Translations under genes and position numbers: made by a program
Part shown: positions 25,550-40,189 of the stretch, one piece after another
How the letters are laid out: each line of letters begins with the position of its first letter
Position numbering within the stretch: position 1 is the first letter of the stretch
Notes under the pieces: generated by a model
What the model was told of the DNA's origin: nothing
Databases searched by the model: none
What the model saw: only the letters and a program-made list of their open reading frames with translations
Source: Gnetum montanum
Taxonomy: Eukaryota; Plantae; Gnetophyta
Assembly (NCBI GenBank): GCA_015680685.1
Contig: MNCI01002010.1
Span: forward strand, 124,001 to 188,000
DNA length: 64,000 bases
Reading direction: 5' to 3'

Positions 25550-26500
25550 ATAGCATTCTAGATCATGAGAGTAGTATCACCCATTGCGACTAGGTAGGTT
25601 TCTCATTCATGCATGTCATTTTTTGAATGATGATTGAGTGACCATGAACTTCCATAGCCTTACAAGATTCCAGATCATGAGAGTAGCATCATGCATTGTG
25701 AGTAGGTAGGTTGCTCATCCATGAATGTCCTTGCTTGCATAATTCTCTAGGGATGAGATACTATGAAATCCCATAGCCTTGTAGGATTTTAAATCATGAG
25801 AGCAGTATCATCCACTATTATTAGATAGGTTGCTTATTTGTGCATGTTCCTATTTTCATGATTCTATAGGAGATGGCTTATATGAATTTTCATAGCATTA
25901 CATGATTCCAAATTGTGAGAGTAGTATCACCCATTATGACTAGGTTGGTTTCTCATTTGTGCATGTCCTTATTTGCATGATTCTATAGGGACTAGCCTAC
26001 ATGAACTTCTATAGCCTTATAGTGTTTTCGATCATGAGAGTAGTATCATCCACTATGATTAAATAGGTTTTTCATCTATGCATGTTCTTGATCGCATGAA
26101 TCTATAGGGACTAACTTACAAAAGCTTCCATAACCTTTCAAGCTACTAGATCGTAAGAGTAGTATTATCCACTATGATTGGGTAGGTTGCTCATTTGTTC
26201 ATGTCCATGTTTACATGATTCTATAGGAACTAGCTTACATGAACTTCCATAGTCTTATAAGATTATAGATCGTAAGAGTAGTATCACCCATTATGACTAG
26301 GTAGGTTACTCTTCCATGCATGTCATTGTTTGAATAGTAATTAAGGAACTAGAAACTTTCATAGTCTTATAGGATTTAAGATCACAAGAGTAGTATCACC
26401 CATTATGTTTAGGTAGGTTTCTCATGTGTGCATGTCATTATTTAAATTATGATTGAGTGATCAAATTACATGAATTGATCTATACTAGTCTATACGTATT
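25550..26500. repeat. ~119-bp tandem array, about 8 units
   Basis: GAGAGTAGTATCA-like anchor at about 25568, 25679, 25798, 25917, 26036, 26155, 26274 and 26386. Confidence 0.9.
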
Positions 26501-28134
26501 AGGTAGAATAGGGCTAAACTATAAACCAGCCATCATCTACATTATGAATAAAGTAATGTGTAAAAAATTTACAATGAAAAAAGTATGAAATAATTAATAT
26601 GCATTGTAGTTGAATAAAAGATGTTAACTTAACAAATAATTCTTGAGAATGATTGAGGTGAGTTAATTAAATTCATGAACTCCTTAGCTTTTTGTAGCAT
26701 GGAAAGGATATAAACTTGAATGTAATTTAGAAAAAAAATGATTGAATTTGGTGTTTTGAATTTTCCTACTAGGCATCAAAGTAATTTGCATAATACAAAA
26801 TATTAGTTATTGCTATATATCCCAAGGAAACAAAAAATAGAAATATGAGGAACCAAAACAATAGTTGAAGAGAATGACCAACCTCCCATTTCCATAACAA
26901 ACATCCCAAATAATAACTTTTTGCCTAATTAATTTGTGATAATTGAAGAAGTTGGTTTGTATTTGTGAACCCATTTAAAAAATTGATGAAAATGTACTAC
27001 TTATGATTAGGGAAAACTGAAAATAGTTTACTTCCATTTATATATTGTAGTTTGCAAGGTTTTACTATTATTTATGCCCAAGTTATTTTTAAAAAATTGT
27101 TATTAACACTCGTCAACAATAAAAAATTTTGCAGTTGGAAAAAAAATTAGCATAATGGATTAGCACAATGGTAACAAAACCACTAGAGATACTATTTTCG
27201 TGCTAGACATGGGTATTAATGCTTTCCTTTGGAAGTTAGAAAACTAGTCATCATTGGCACAAAGTACATGATGTACACAATTTTCTACTCTGATTTTAAC
27301 ATACATGTCATGATATCATACTATATATTGCATGTCATAGTATTTTTTTAAAGTGTGATGATGAGATCAAAATAAGATACAATAGAACAATGTTCAAAAT
27401 TTGTATTTTATATAGTAGTGCACAAATTTAATAAAAAATCATAAGCAAAATGATGCTAATAAGAATAGTCAGACATTTTACATTACTAATATATTCAACA
27501 TGATAGTATTATTAATAGTTTTATATTAGAAAAAATAGATAGTATTTCTTGGTAGGAAACATTGAGAGGAAAGCCAATTTGAAAATGAATTATTTAGTTT
27601 GATCCATAGTTGCTACAATTTAGTATAAGAATCAAAGAAGAATGGTTACTTTTTTGGGTTGATTCTAATCATTCAAAAGATAATCATAAAAAATCAATGT
27701 AAACATGAGAAGAAAATAGGCAAACACACTCCCTTAATTTAGATTTAATCTCTAAATGTGCACTATTTATGCCATGTTCGAGATGTGCAAGCACAATAAT
27801 ACATCTTTACAATGGATTGCAAGAATGATCTATCCTTTAAAATTGCATTGAACACTGAAGAACAATTTGTCATGTATAACCAACAATGAAATTACAAAAA
27901 TAATATGTTGTCTAAAACCAACAATAAACCTCCAAGAATTATTTACTCTTGTGAAAAGAGCAACTAATTTGCAAGAATTATCTATCTTTGCAAAACAACA
28001 ATCAATTCACAAGAATAATGTATCTTGTGAAAATACCAATGAATGGGGCTATTTAAACTCCCATATTTTTTTGATCTTTTTCAAAGGTAATATTGCCTAT
28101 TTTCTACTATCATGTGCTTTATTTTAGGCTGTCA

Positions 28135-28810
28135 TGCTCTCTATAATTATTTGCATGATTCTATATGGATTGACTTACATAAATTTCCATAACCTTTCAA
28201 GATGCTAGATTGTAAGAGTAGTATTACCCACTATGATTAGGTAGGTTGCTCATCTATTCATGTCCTTGTTTACATGATTCTATAGGAACTAGCTTACATG
28301 AACTTTCATAGCCTTATAAGATTACAAACTGTAAGAGTAGTATCACCCATTATGACTAGGTAGGTTGCTCTTTCATGCATGTCATTGTTTGAATAGTAAT
28401 TGAGGAACTAGACTCTTCCATAGTCTTATAGGATTTTAGATCATGAGAGTAGTATCACCCATTGTGTTTAGGTAGGTTGATCATGTATGCATGTCATTAT
28501 TTAAATTATGATTAAGTGATTAGATTACATAAATTGATTTATATTGATCTATACTTATTAGGTAGGTTTCTTAGCCATGCATGTGCTTAATTGAATGGTG
28601 ATTGAGGGACTAGCTTACATGAACTTCCATAGCCTTAAAGAATGTCATATTATGAGAGTAATATCTCCTAATATTTATGCAGGTTCCCTATTTGGATTAT
28701 TCTCTAGGGGTTGGCTAACATGAGCATCTCTATCCTTATAGGTTTCCCAATCAGGAAAGTAATATCACTGAAAGTGATTAGGTTTTTAGTATGTAGGTTG
28801 CTTATTTGTG
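28135..28810. repeat. Second block of the ~119-bp array
   Basis: About 28145-28565 is a close copy of about 26080-26500, followed by more degenerate units. Confidence 0.85.
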
Positions 28811-29797
28811 CATATTTTATGAGATCCTAGGTCTCATGAATTTCTCTATCCTTATAGGATCATGAAAGTATACATGAAGGATATTAATGTATTTCATCAA
28901 TAAATTTCTTGAAATTATTTAGTTTTAGTTACATAACTAAAACATAGATTTAGAAAGTTAGTACAGTATGATATATTTCTTACTTGAGCTATGGTATAAG
29001 ATCAAATTGGTAATATTTTTTAGAATTTAAAGATGAAAATGAATCCTACTAAGTCCTCGTACATGACTAATATGAATCCTAAAAGAAGACATGAGGATGT
29101 TCATATTTTCATAAGATTCATTGATAGCAATTCCTTCAATGATGAGGGAATTGTTATTGTAGCTTGCATTGAAAATAATGAAATTATTTATATTTAGTTG
29201 GAGAAGCTACTTTCTTTGATGAAGGTAGTACTTTATGGTGGTAGGTTTCTTCTTGGAATGTTGGACATGGATCAGATTAGGTTACCTACAACAATGAAAA
29301 GATATGACATAGAGAGAATTGATTTTGACTCTACTGAGTGTGAGGTTATCGCATTTATAAAGAGGTTCCTTTAATAGAGGAGAATGAAGAGAATGTCTTC
29401 TATTGTTCTACATATGAGGAATCATATGAATTATCCCTACAATTCATAGAATGATGTTCTACTTACACATCATCTAAGATCTATTTCTATGCATCTTATA
29501 GTATTTATTAAGGGATGATCCATAATCACTCTATTTAAGTTAGAAAAGAAATTATAATTTTGAAGTAAGAAAGTTGTTAATGTTGCTAATAAAGGAATAA
29601 AGGTAGAAAAAATTTAGAGGGGATATTTTCACCCTAATTTTTCAAAAATATACCATGTCCTTGACATTGCAATTGGGAATGTTAGCATGAGGGTTTATCT
29701 AGAGTCAAAAGCAAATGGTGTGTCAATTGCAGATATTTCTCTAGCTTATGGTAGGGTAGCCCTAGTTACTTTATTTATAATAAAGACACAAGTTTCT

Positions 29798-31657
29798 TAT
29801 TGGAAAGCCATGGACATTTGATACTTTTGAGAATTCTTTCAAAATGCATAATTTTCAAAGAAACACGGATCAGCTAGCTTTGTGAAAATTGTGAAGAGAA
29901 TGGGGAGTCCTAAATTGACGCAAACCCAAGACAATACCCAAAATACAACCGGACGTCATTTCTTAGGCAGCATTCGGAAGAGATACTAGACACTCCCAAC
30001 CATGAAATAGATGATATCAGAGGTTGTTTTTTTACTAGTAACATTCAATCATAAGCCTGAAACCCTTGCTGATGGACACCTACAGTGAGGATCATCTTGC
30101 TACGACCACCGTCACTGCGACTACCATGAGAACCAGAACTAGAGTCAATCTGGCCTTTTTCGAGGGTTTGCGCAGGTCTCTGTGCACCATCTCGAGCACT
30201 TGCCGCTATGTAGCCAGCACCAGTGCCTGTATCAACGCCAAAACCAGCAAAAAGGAGGACTGCGAGCAGCGGGTGGATGAACAGCGGCAGCATTGGTGAT
30301 AGGAAACTCATGCTCAATTTCCTCTACTCCTACTGTAAATTCCCAGTCATCCAATTCCCAGCTGCTGTGCACTAGGTCCACCGACGAGCACTCAACTCTT
30401 TTCGGCAAGATCATTGCCCTGAACACACTCTACGGCCAAATCTGGCTCACTGAATTCACTCTCCAAAATGTTGTAGCACCTATTTCAGCTTTTGCTCACA
30501 TGACTCATCAGTTCCTACGCTTGCATAGGTCCCTCTCAAAGAATCTACAAACAGAAGCATCTTCACCAATAAATTCATGTTTCCTCTCTCGGCCAAGGCC
30601 TGCATTGCACTCCAAGACTTGCACCAAGGCTAGACTATGTATTGTCATGCCAGAAAATCTTGGTTGAGACTCTGCCGTTGGAAATTCATGCCTTCTGTTG
30701 CGATTCACAGAGGATTAATATGCAGAGAGTTACGTCAATACCATCGGTGTTGTTTTATTACCACCAAGGACACTTGTCACCTACAACTTGTTTATCTCCA
30801 TGAAGACACCTGGCAACTACATGGGACACTTGTCAACTGTATCCTTTTTTATCTCTTTTGTGGTTGAAACCACCCAAAATTGTTGTAACTTACCTAACTT
30901 GTTGGGCAAGTAGCCTCCTAACTTGTTGGGCAAGTAATCTCCTAATTAGTTGGCCAGGTTAGTTGGGAGAAAATTTAGGTGAGATATTTTTGAGATATTT
31001 TGAATATGTAACTTCCCTACCTACCTTTGAACCCTCTAAAAAGGCTTCATGGGTCAAGGGAGAAGGGGGACAAGGGGATCATCACTTGAAACACATCACA
31101 CTTGGGGTCTCATACATCACATTTTGAAGACTACTAGTTAGCACTTGGGCTCTTACTTGGAGAAAATTTGAGTCTTGGGAGAAGAGCATTTTGTAAACAA
31201 GAAAGTGTGAACGATTGCTTACAAGATGGCTTGCTAGAATAAAGATTTTAGCCTGTATGTCATGGTCCTGTGAGTTATGCATTTCATTTTTTGTTTTTTT
31301 TAAATTGTTTAGCTAGTGGTTTAGATAGTATCATCCTTGGCAAGTAATTTTGGGATTTTTAGATTGCTCTTATTGTTCTTGTTGCCCAATAGAAATTTCT
31401 ATTAAAATTTTGCCATAGAAGCGCTTGTGTTTAAAAGCCTTNCTAAATCTCTTTAAAGTAAGTCATTTGTAGTTCACACACAACGCAATTGTTACATTTT
31501 ACACAACCACACGCTGCAACAGCACACACACATACTCACATTAACTATTGAGTTTATTTGGAGGTATCTGGGCCTTGGTGTTGCCAAATACCAGCAGGCA
31601 CCTAAATCCTGTTTGAGGACACTCGTTGGTGGTTTCGTCCCAAACGGTCACCAACAA
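29798..31657 (+). mobile_element. Probable LTR or solo-LTR-like insertion
   Basis: GC-richer, less decayed block bounded by TATTGG (from TGTTGG) and CCAACA, with short internal repeats (CCTAACTTGTTGGGCAAGTA twice). No matching TSD found. Confidence 0.45.
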
Positions 31658-32569
31658 TGACTTCTCCATGATAAAGATAATTACTAAAGTAATCCAACAC
31701 TAAATTTTTATTGGCTCATCAACCCACTTGTCTAACTTTTGTATTTCATACCTGACAAGAATTCTACATTATATTATGCCTTTTATAATAATACAAATCA
31801 ATACATACTTGCCTTAGCAATTCACTACATTCATTCATGCACCAAAAATTCATAACCCATCTCCTATTCATCTATTGAACTTTTGTTGCCAAAAATTTCT
31901 TTCCCATGAACTTTACATGTTAAATTCTTGAAAATTTTAAATCAATAATGGTCTAGGATCCTATAAACATGCTTCATATCTTTCAAACATTTCAATTCAC
32001 TCATTTTCTCTTTAAAATAGCCAAGAAAAAATTTAGAATTTTTATGGTACTATTGTAGCTATGATATCGGAGTTCATATGATGTTGTATCTCTGATAGTA
32101 TATATAGCATGGGGAGTTGGAAAAATTTTTTATTTTTCATTTTTCTACACAAAGAGAATTTTTGTCATTTTTTTCATTCAACTAGAGCTTTGATGTGCTA
32201 ACTTCTAATGCAAATAACTTGGCCCTCATAGCTCTGATTTCTTGAATTCTTGAACCTTGTTAATCACAAAGCTCTCAATTTAGTTAGGGGCAAGGGTGGG
32301 ATACTTAGCACAATATCACTGAAGTTTGAGCCAAAAAATTCTAATGCTTGGAAGATATTTTAAAGAGTAAGTATAATTGAAAAATGATAATTCTATAACT
32401 TGTTAATCAAATAAAGGCTAGAAATATTTAAAAAATCCTCTTAATATACCATACCAACTACTTTAGACCATAAATAAGAACAAAATTAATAACTATGAAG
32501 CGATCTAAAGGATATAATACCTAAAAGGGTTCCTTTTCAAAAATATTTTAACTTTGTAGTTATTATAAA

Positions 32570-35500
32570 TTAAAAATGTGATCTATCCAAAGGAATTAGA
32601 CAGATTATGAATTGCTAAAAAATAATAAAACACTTTGCTAATCCTTGATGCTTGATTGGTTAAAGATGACCTCGAAAAGAGGAGTAGAAGAAGAAATTTC
32701 ATAGTTGGGAGAAAAAGACTTAAGGGTCGTGGGAGAGGCTAAATGAGAAAACAAACCTCATAAGTAGAACATGAAAAGAAAGAGACTCAATCTTTTAGTA
32801 TCCATCAAGAAACTCCTATGATAGAGCACTTAGCCTAGGTAGAGGTAGAAGATCCACAAGCACCAGAATAAGGAGAATGCATCATGATATCAATAGATTT
32901 CCTCCAAGACATCCAGGAGAAAATGATCATGTCCACAATGATTGTAGAGATCAATTTTGGCCCATTTATGGAATTTTCCCTAGAAATGGTAAAGATGTAA
33001 CTCCAAGCATCACCATTATGGCCCATGGTCATAAGCAATGAGGAATGGTATCTAGGAGAGACATACCAATTTTGGCACAATAAGAAAGACAATGTAATGC
33101 TTAAAATTGAAGGAATCATAGTGTCCTATTCTATAACAACAATTGCTAAAGTCCTTAATGTGTCTATTGAAGTGACAAAGGTGGCAAAATTTTCCACCAA
33201 ATCTAACACTGATGAAAGGAAGTTCTGGCTATAGCAAGCATATGATAAAGAGGACAAAAATTATAGTGAGTTGATTGTAGAATAGAAAATATATTTTAAA
33301 ATTGGTAACTACCATGTATTCACCACAAAGAGATTGAATAGAATATCAGCTTATGTAGCTAGAGGAAGTGCCATTATAATGGGAACATTTAATGCAAACA
33401 TAATCCATCTCTACTTACTTGACATTCAAAGGTAGTTTGAGGAGAAAAAGGTAAGGAAGCTAACACTTCCATTCGCTTATCTTATTAGGAAGTTGTGTAA
33501 ATGAGCTAGAATCCTAGGGTACACTAATAATGTTCATAGGAAAGTTTAGAACACCTCATATGCAAAAATGCTTAAACCAGTGCCTCCAAAGAAATAACAA
33601 GTGGAATAATTAGTAGGCACCAAGGGAACTACAGACACCATACTTACTAATAGCACTCTAGCTAGTAGTCAGGAACAACAGCCTAGGCCTAGCAATCAAG
33701 AATAGATTAAGTAATAGCAAAAACAATAACAACAAGAACAATAGTAGAAAGTTTCACCACAACTGAAAGATTACAAGCCTTCAATGAATCATCTGTAATA
33801 GATTATAGAGAGTATTAGTTGGGGAACATGTGAAGAGGCTAATCTTTTCAAGGTCATAGATAATGCAATTAGGCCCATTGTTTCCAAAAACCTTGCTAAT
33901 GGACAACTTTCATTGTAGTTAGGAGAAGAAGATGCATGATCACAATAGATATTATGGAACACTGCATTGTTCCAAGTAATGCCAAAAACATTTGAAGGAG
34001 TACTAGTGGTTGTAATGCAACATCATGATGTAGCAGGAGCTGAAGAAGTGATTATAGATCACATTAAAGAATCTTTTCATCTTCTTATTCTATCACCAAT
34101 TAATCTTTCTAGAATTAGACATTTTCAAATGTTAGCCAGTACCTCAATGACTTTGCTAGATCATAAAGATGTACTTGATAGACTACTATAGATAGGCCAA
34201 ATCATGCAAAATTTCTTTGATATCCATAGCGATATCATTGCAATCAAGTCTGATTTGATAGCCATCAAGGGTAAGTTTGTTATCATATAAACTAGGGAAA
34301 ACCATGCTGAAAACAAAGTGTGTAGACTTCAAGAAGAGCTTGTGTCTCCCAAGTATATGCACATGCCAAAACACTTGCTACCTTACAAGAAGAATAAGAA
34401 GGTAGCTGCAAACAACACAATGTTGACCATTATCAAAAAATAAAAAAATGTTTTTAAATACAGTATTCATCAATTATGGGAACAATTGATGAGGGTCAAC
34501 TAAGACATGAGCTACTTAGCTAGAGAAAATAGGACCATGTTAATAGAGAAAGTCCATGCAATAAGATAGAAATATAACATAGAAGTAAGAATGTGAAAAA
34601 ATGAGGCAAAGAAGCATTAGAGGCTTAAAGAACATTTTCATAACTAGGTGGGCATGTATAAGTATTTTACTAAAAAAGAAACCCAAAGGGCTAAAGTGAA
34701 GATCAGCTAAATTTCGGCACAAAATCCATACTGGTAACCAATCTTGGATAGCTTAGTCCATGTCTACTAGGCTAAAATAAGGAAAAAAGACTTGTAGATA
34801 GAGGATCTGATAGAGTACATGGGGTTAGCTAAACTTCATTATGGTAACTTGGCCATGTTCATAGTAGGAAGGCCTAAAAATCAGCTAGAGCAATAAGTAG
34901 TAACTGTATATGCTTTATACGAGAAAGAGTTTGTAGATAGGAAGGATTTCTTACAGAAGTTGCAGGTGGGAAACTTATTAGGGCCAAAAGAATGTTGCAA
35001 CTAACCTAGCTAAATGAATGTTAGATTACCAAAAGTTGAGAAAAATAGCCAGAGCATTTGAAGATGAAAGGAGGTATTTTACAACGTGGTACATCAAGGC
35101 AAAAAAAATGTTCCTGCAATTGCCATGTCCATGGGATGTACCAGCCCCATCACACATTGCACAACATGGATGGATGGTAGATTATCCTAGAATGGAGCAG
35201 AAGCTTTAGGCATTGCTCAACCAATACCAATTTTAGGACCTTGATGATAAAGGGAATTGACTAATGGAAGAGCCACCACCACCTACAACTTAATCTACAT
35301 CAAGTCACTTCCATTTTTATTTTATTTTATTTTGTCATACACTTGTGTCACTGTTCTATAAACACCACTATGATACTTAGAGTCATTTATAGTTAAATCT
35401 ACCTTCCAATTTTGTACGGGACTCTATCCTCATTTTTTTAACTTGAGGACAAGTTTCTAGATAACTATAGGGGTATCATAAAGTTAATTTTTGCATAACA

Positions 35501-36359
35501 AACATATCACATGAATGATGTCATTAATACAATATCATAGTCCATGCTACATTATCATTGATATGATGCCTTAGGATGTGTGTGGTCCTATAAATATGAC
35601 TCTTGGGCTGATGATCTAATATCTTTTCATTTAAGTAGAGACTAGACTCTTGCAGTTTCATTTCTTGAATTTAGACTTAGCGATTAGAAGTCTGAGTGCT
35701 TGCAATGTCATTTGATAGAGTGAATGGAATCTTTGTTTGAGTAGTTTGTACCTAGACATGAATTATGCATGGAAATGAAGATCAAGCTATTTCCCACCAT
35801 TGTAGCATTCTCCTATGTTACTATTTCACTTAGCATAATGTTTATTACTTTCTTAATATAACACTTTAATTTCCAAAGTATTGTACTTTTACTTGTCAAG
35901 AGTAAGCAGAATGAGTAAGATGGATTTTGAGTACTTAACTGTAATCATTTGATAAGCCTAATAGTGTTATTGCTTAGTACACTTAGTATCATAATTCGTG
36001 GTAGCCTAGTAATGGTTATGTGAAGATCAAGTTGTGTATCAAAAATTGGGATTGGATACTCATCATCATAGGCTAGAGTAGATTTACATTTTTTTTGTTA
36101 CTTAGATGTAGCAATTACATTATTTTCATTATGGCTATGCTTAGGAATATTTTAGGCCTTACAAAATCAACTAACATATGCCTCACGATGATTTAAACCA
36201 TACAATTGTACTTCACTGGCTCCATGTGGGAAGACAACGATCTTGAACTTAACTCAGTTACTAGCATAGCAACATTATCTATCTATGGATTATGATTAGG
36301 CTACATGTGAACACTTGTAACTTGTATAGTTGAATTTTGGATTGCTCCATTGACTATCA
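32570..36359 (+). mobile_element. 3' part of an Athila/Tat-like element: degenerate sense accessory ORF, PPT and LTR
   Basis: Stop-riddled coding-like region at about 32570-35290 (YQFWHNKKDNVMLKIEGIIVSYSITTIAKVLNV, a Q-rich tract, a coiled-coil-like part). Then TTGAGGACAAG...ATAGGGG (35443-35473) and an LTR-like block from about 35474 to 36359 ending TATCA. Confidence 0.45.
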
Positions 36360-38001
36360 CTTACTACTATTATTGGAATTTCAAAATGTTAAAGCAAGAA
36401 AACCTAAGGAGGAGATACATGATTAGAGATCTAATAATGATTTTGATGATATTGAAAAAATTGAGATAGATGAGGACATGGTGATTTTGTATGTTTACTA
36501 ATGTGATGAATTTGAAAAGAAATTTCTTTATTAAGGTACTAAGTTAATGTTATGAATTCTAATTTTTGATTAGTAAACCTCTTTTGAAACCCTTTGGACG
36601 AGGCATAAGAAGTAGAGGTTTTGTAAGAAAGTGTAAGGTTAGTATAATAAAATATGTTTAATTTACTCTCAAAATTATTAAATCATTTTTATGATGAATT
36701 TTTTTCTTTATAATTTAGGAAAGAAGCCTAGCATCATCAATGGCTCAGAAAAAAGCTAGTGTAAAGAAATCGAAGAAAAAAAACCATTGAGAAAAAATTA
36801 CATAAATAATTTAATATCTTCTAATTTTATATAAAAGGATATAATTAAATATATATATAATTTTATGTATGTTGATATTGATTAGAGTGAGAGTTTTTTA
36901 ACATGTCCTAATAACAAAGTATGATTACATATTTTATTGTATCATATCATTTCGAATTAGAAAAGTGTTATGGTTATTATGTATTGCTAGGCATTGCTTA
37001 CAATAATGCTATTCTATTAAAACATTTTTTGATATATTTCCTCTTAGCAAAGCTCTAGTATGTTTAACATGTGTGTTTTATCTCCCATTGATTAGATAAA
37101 TTAAAAGAAATACTTCAAAGAGGAAATGAAGAAGAAATTTATAATGTAGTGTACTTGCCAAAATACTATTATGAGATGTTGGTTCTAGTGGATGGCAATG
37201 CTATAATAGAAAATGGTTTAAGTTTAAAACCAAAAAAAGAGATAAAAGATATAATATTCAAATACTATTTCAAAAATATGTAATCAATCATAGAATTTCA
37301 TTCAACATATTTTTTTTTGGATCCATCATTAATATTTCAAACTAAGTAGAACCTATAAGGTTGAAGATGGAAAGTTGCAATTAAGACAAAGTATTTTAAG
37401 GTTGATGCAACATGAAGGAATTACCTTTAATAGCTACTGAAAAATGTTTTTTCTGGTAAACATCAAGATTAGAAGGAGTATGTTTCATTAGGTACTTATT
37501 GTTGTCAATATCCTAGAAAGTGCAATATCAATCATAAATTTGCTTTATAGTAATATTGAAATTAGTTAGAAAATTGATATTATTTACAAGTATCTTAAGG
37601 TGAAGCATATTATTCACAACAGAAATGATTAATTTCATTAAGAACTATGGAGATAGTTGTTTCAAAGAAATATACCATGGTAGAGAAGTGGATATTATTA
37701 TGTTGTTTATGTCTTACTTTATGTAATACACATTATATATTGAAGGAAAATATCATTTAAGGCATCAAATGTACCACTGTATACAAGGAAAATCCTATGC
37801 AATAGATTAAATGCATCTGATTAGTATTCAACATAGTTAAAATGTTAAATAACTATTTTTAGTTCCATTTTGTTACCTCTTATTTAACAAGTTTATTTGT
37901 CATAATAATTTTTTAAAATATTTAATTATTTTCATTCTTATTATGATGATTATTGTAATTTTTAATATGCATTATCAATATGTTTACATTCAAAAATCAG
38001 T

Positions 38002-38961
38002 TGATGGGTAGTTAGGTACTCCTACACCCAACTATACAAATCACAAAGTGTTCACACATGATCCGGTCAAATTTTGTGGCCTCTATAGTTTCTAGTGCAT
38101 TAGTTCTATAGGAAGTAGGCTTTACATTGGGGATGTTCATTGTCTTCCCAACTACACTTGTGGACCTCAAGGATATATTTTAAGTGTAATTAATGCACAT
38201 GGTTGTTGTCATTTTATATTTTATGGTTTTGGTACTTAAAGTAAACAGATGAAGTGGTATAATAACTAATCTAATTTAACTATCTAACTAGCCTCTAACT
38301 AGTCCTAACATAAGCATTTGTTCCTAATTCTCATACATGTCCTAAACCCATATATCCACTATTGGGTTACCAAGTCCTATGCTACTAGGCACATCAAGCA
38401 ATAATTCTACTAGGATTACCAAGTGAATATGTGTTTACGCTCGAAGTGGGTGTACTCATGTGTTTAATCTATTTAGCTTAAACAATTAATTGATCACTTA
38501 AATTCCAATTTAGCATGATTAATTTCATATTTAATGAAGAAAAATGAATGTATAAAGAAACCATTAATCTATTCTAAGTGTTGCAAGGTTTGATCAAAAG
38601 GCTTGTCTTTATTTCCATACACACTCGTGTGTAAGGTACAACAGTACTCAAATAAAGATCCTTATACTTTCTAACTTTTGTTGTAAGCACTCAAAGAAAT
38701 ATTGTGACTTCTAAATGGAAAAACTACAAGAGCTCTACTACTACTATGACTTAATGTCCATAAACATATCTATGAGCTCATATTTATAGTTTTTTTCTGG
38801 AGGATTTCATCGATAGGGCCTCGTAGAGATAGCAAATGCTATATTCACGTCATCCTCTTGATGGGGCAACACCACGTAAATGGGGTCCCATCAATGAGGT
38901 CCTGTTGATGAGGCTACATCAACAAGGGTCCATTGACATGACACTTTGATGCTCATCATCA
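38002..38961. mobile_element. Shorter copy of the interspersed repeat at 18291
   Basis: Similar to 18291-18740, with TGATG...CATCA termini. Confidence 0.5.
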
Positions 38962-40189
38962 GTTATAAAATTTCTTTAATTAAAATTATGATATGATTAG
39001 CCAATGCACATATTATGAATACTTGCAAATATAAATGGGAAAATAGAAGGAAGAAAAAGACTTATATTGGATCTGAACAAAATACTTGTAAATGATGTAC
39101 ATTTTTCAAATGCAAATGAACTAAGCATGCATACATGAAAATATGACATCATGCTAAGAAAAAGTACTACTATGATTTTCTCATCAAGGATATTTTTTCA
39201 AAACTTAAATTCACTTGTTGATAGACATAATGCCAAAAAATTTATCCTAAAGGAACTGTGCATCCAATTTTCCAAAAGCCTTTACAATGCTTTTTTGATA
39301 TATATGGTAATCAATATAGATGAGATGATGTCATGATAGGTGATGACACAAGTGATTAAATTTTTGATTAAGATAAAAGAAACTTTGTTCAAGCTACAAA
39401 ATATGATCTAAATAATCCTATAGATGAATACCTACTATTAGTGGTCAATTTAACATTGAAGAACTATTAAGTTCCAATGATAACCTATAAATATTATTCA
39501 ATGTTTTTATTTAGAATTATGATTGCAAATAGATTACTTTCTATGGTGTTTATTAATGATAAAATTATTAATTTTGTTTATGATTATCATTGGAGAACTT
39601 TTAGAAGTTAATGAAAATCTTGATAATCATATCAAATATTTGTATAGAGATATTTAACATGATTTAATAATTACCATTGGAGAAGTTTTGGAAGTTAATA
39701 AAAATCTTCATAATTATAACATATCTTTATATAGATATGTAAAATTATCTTTTATGTAATTTATATGATTATTTAAATGAATAAATTTCTTAAGAAAAAA
39801 TATTGATTAGTATAACATAATCTTCAATTCAGTAAAACCATAATTGATTGTTTATGAGGCTAGGATACTCAGTGATTAAATGGTAATAGAAGATTCAATA
39901 ATTCACTAAATCATTTTGTAAACTTATTATTTGAGATAGAATGATAAATAAGGTTCATTACATTATAATAGAAAATTCCAATCATAAGAATCTAGAACAC
40001 TAATTTTTACAGTAATGTAGTAATGTTAGTTCTACACTAAATTTAATATGACGTTTTCTATATAGTTTTTGAGTTTGAAATGGAAATATTCCAAATATAC
40101 TAAAAACATCCATTATTTTTAATATATATATTTTTAGGCCTGACATCCAAGTATGTAACGTGCTTTGAATTTTCTTTGATCATTATTAA

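Noticed and set aside
26850-27260. Faint Ulp1-protease-like traces on the minus strand
   Set aside because: Too decayed to support by eye; needs a profile search.
30045-30867. Cluster of short ORFs in a GC-richer block
   Set aside because: Overlapping on both strands with no recognisable motifs, inside an LTR-like block.
31660-32050. Possible integrase relic on the minus strand
   Set aside because: Only vague motif echoes, so it is not listed as a feature.
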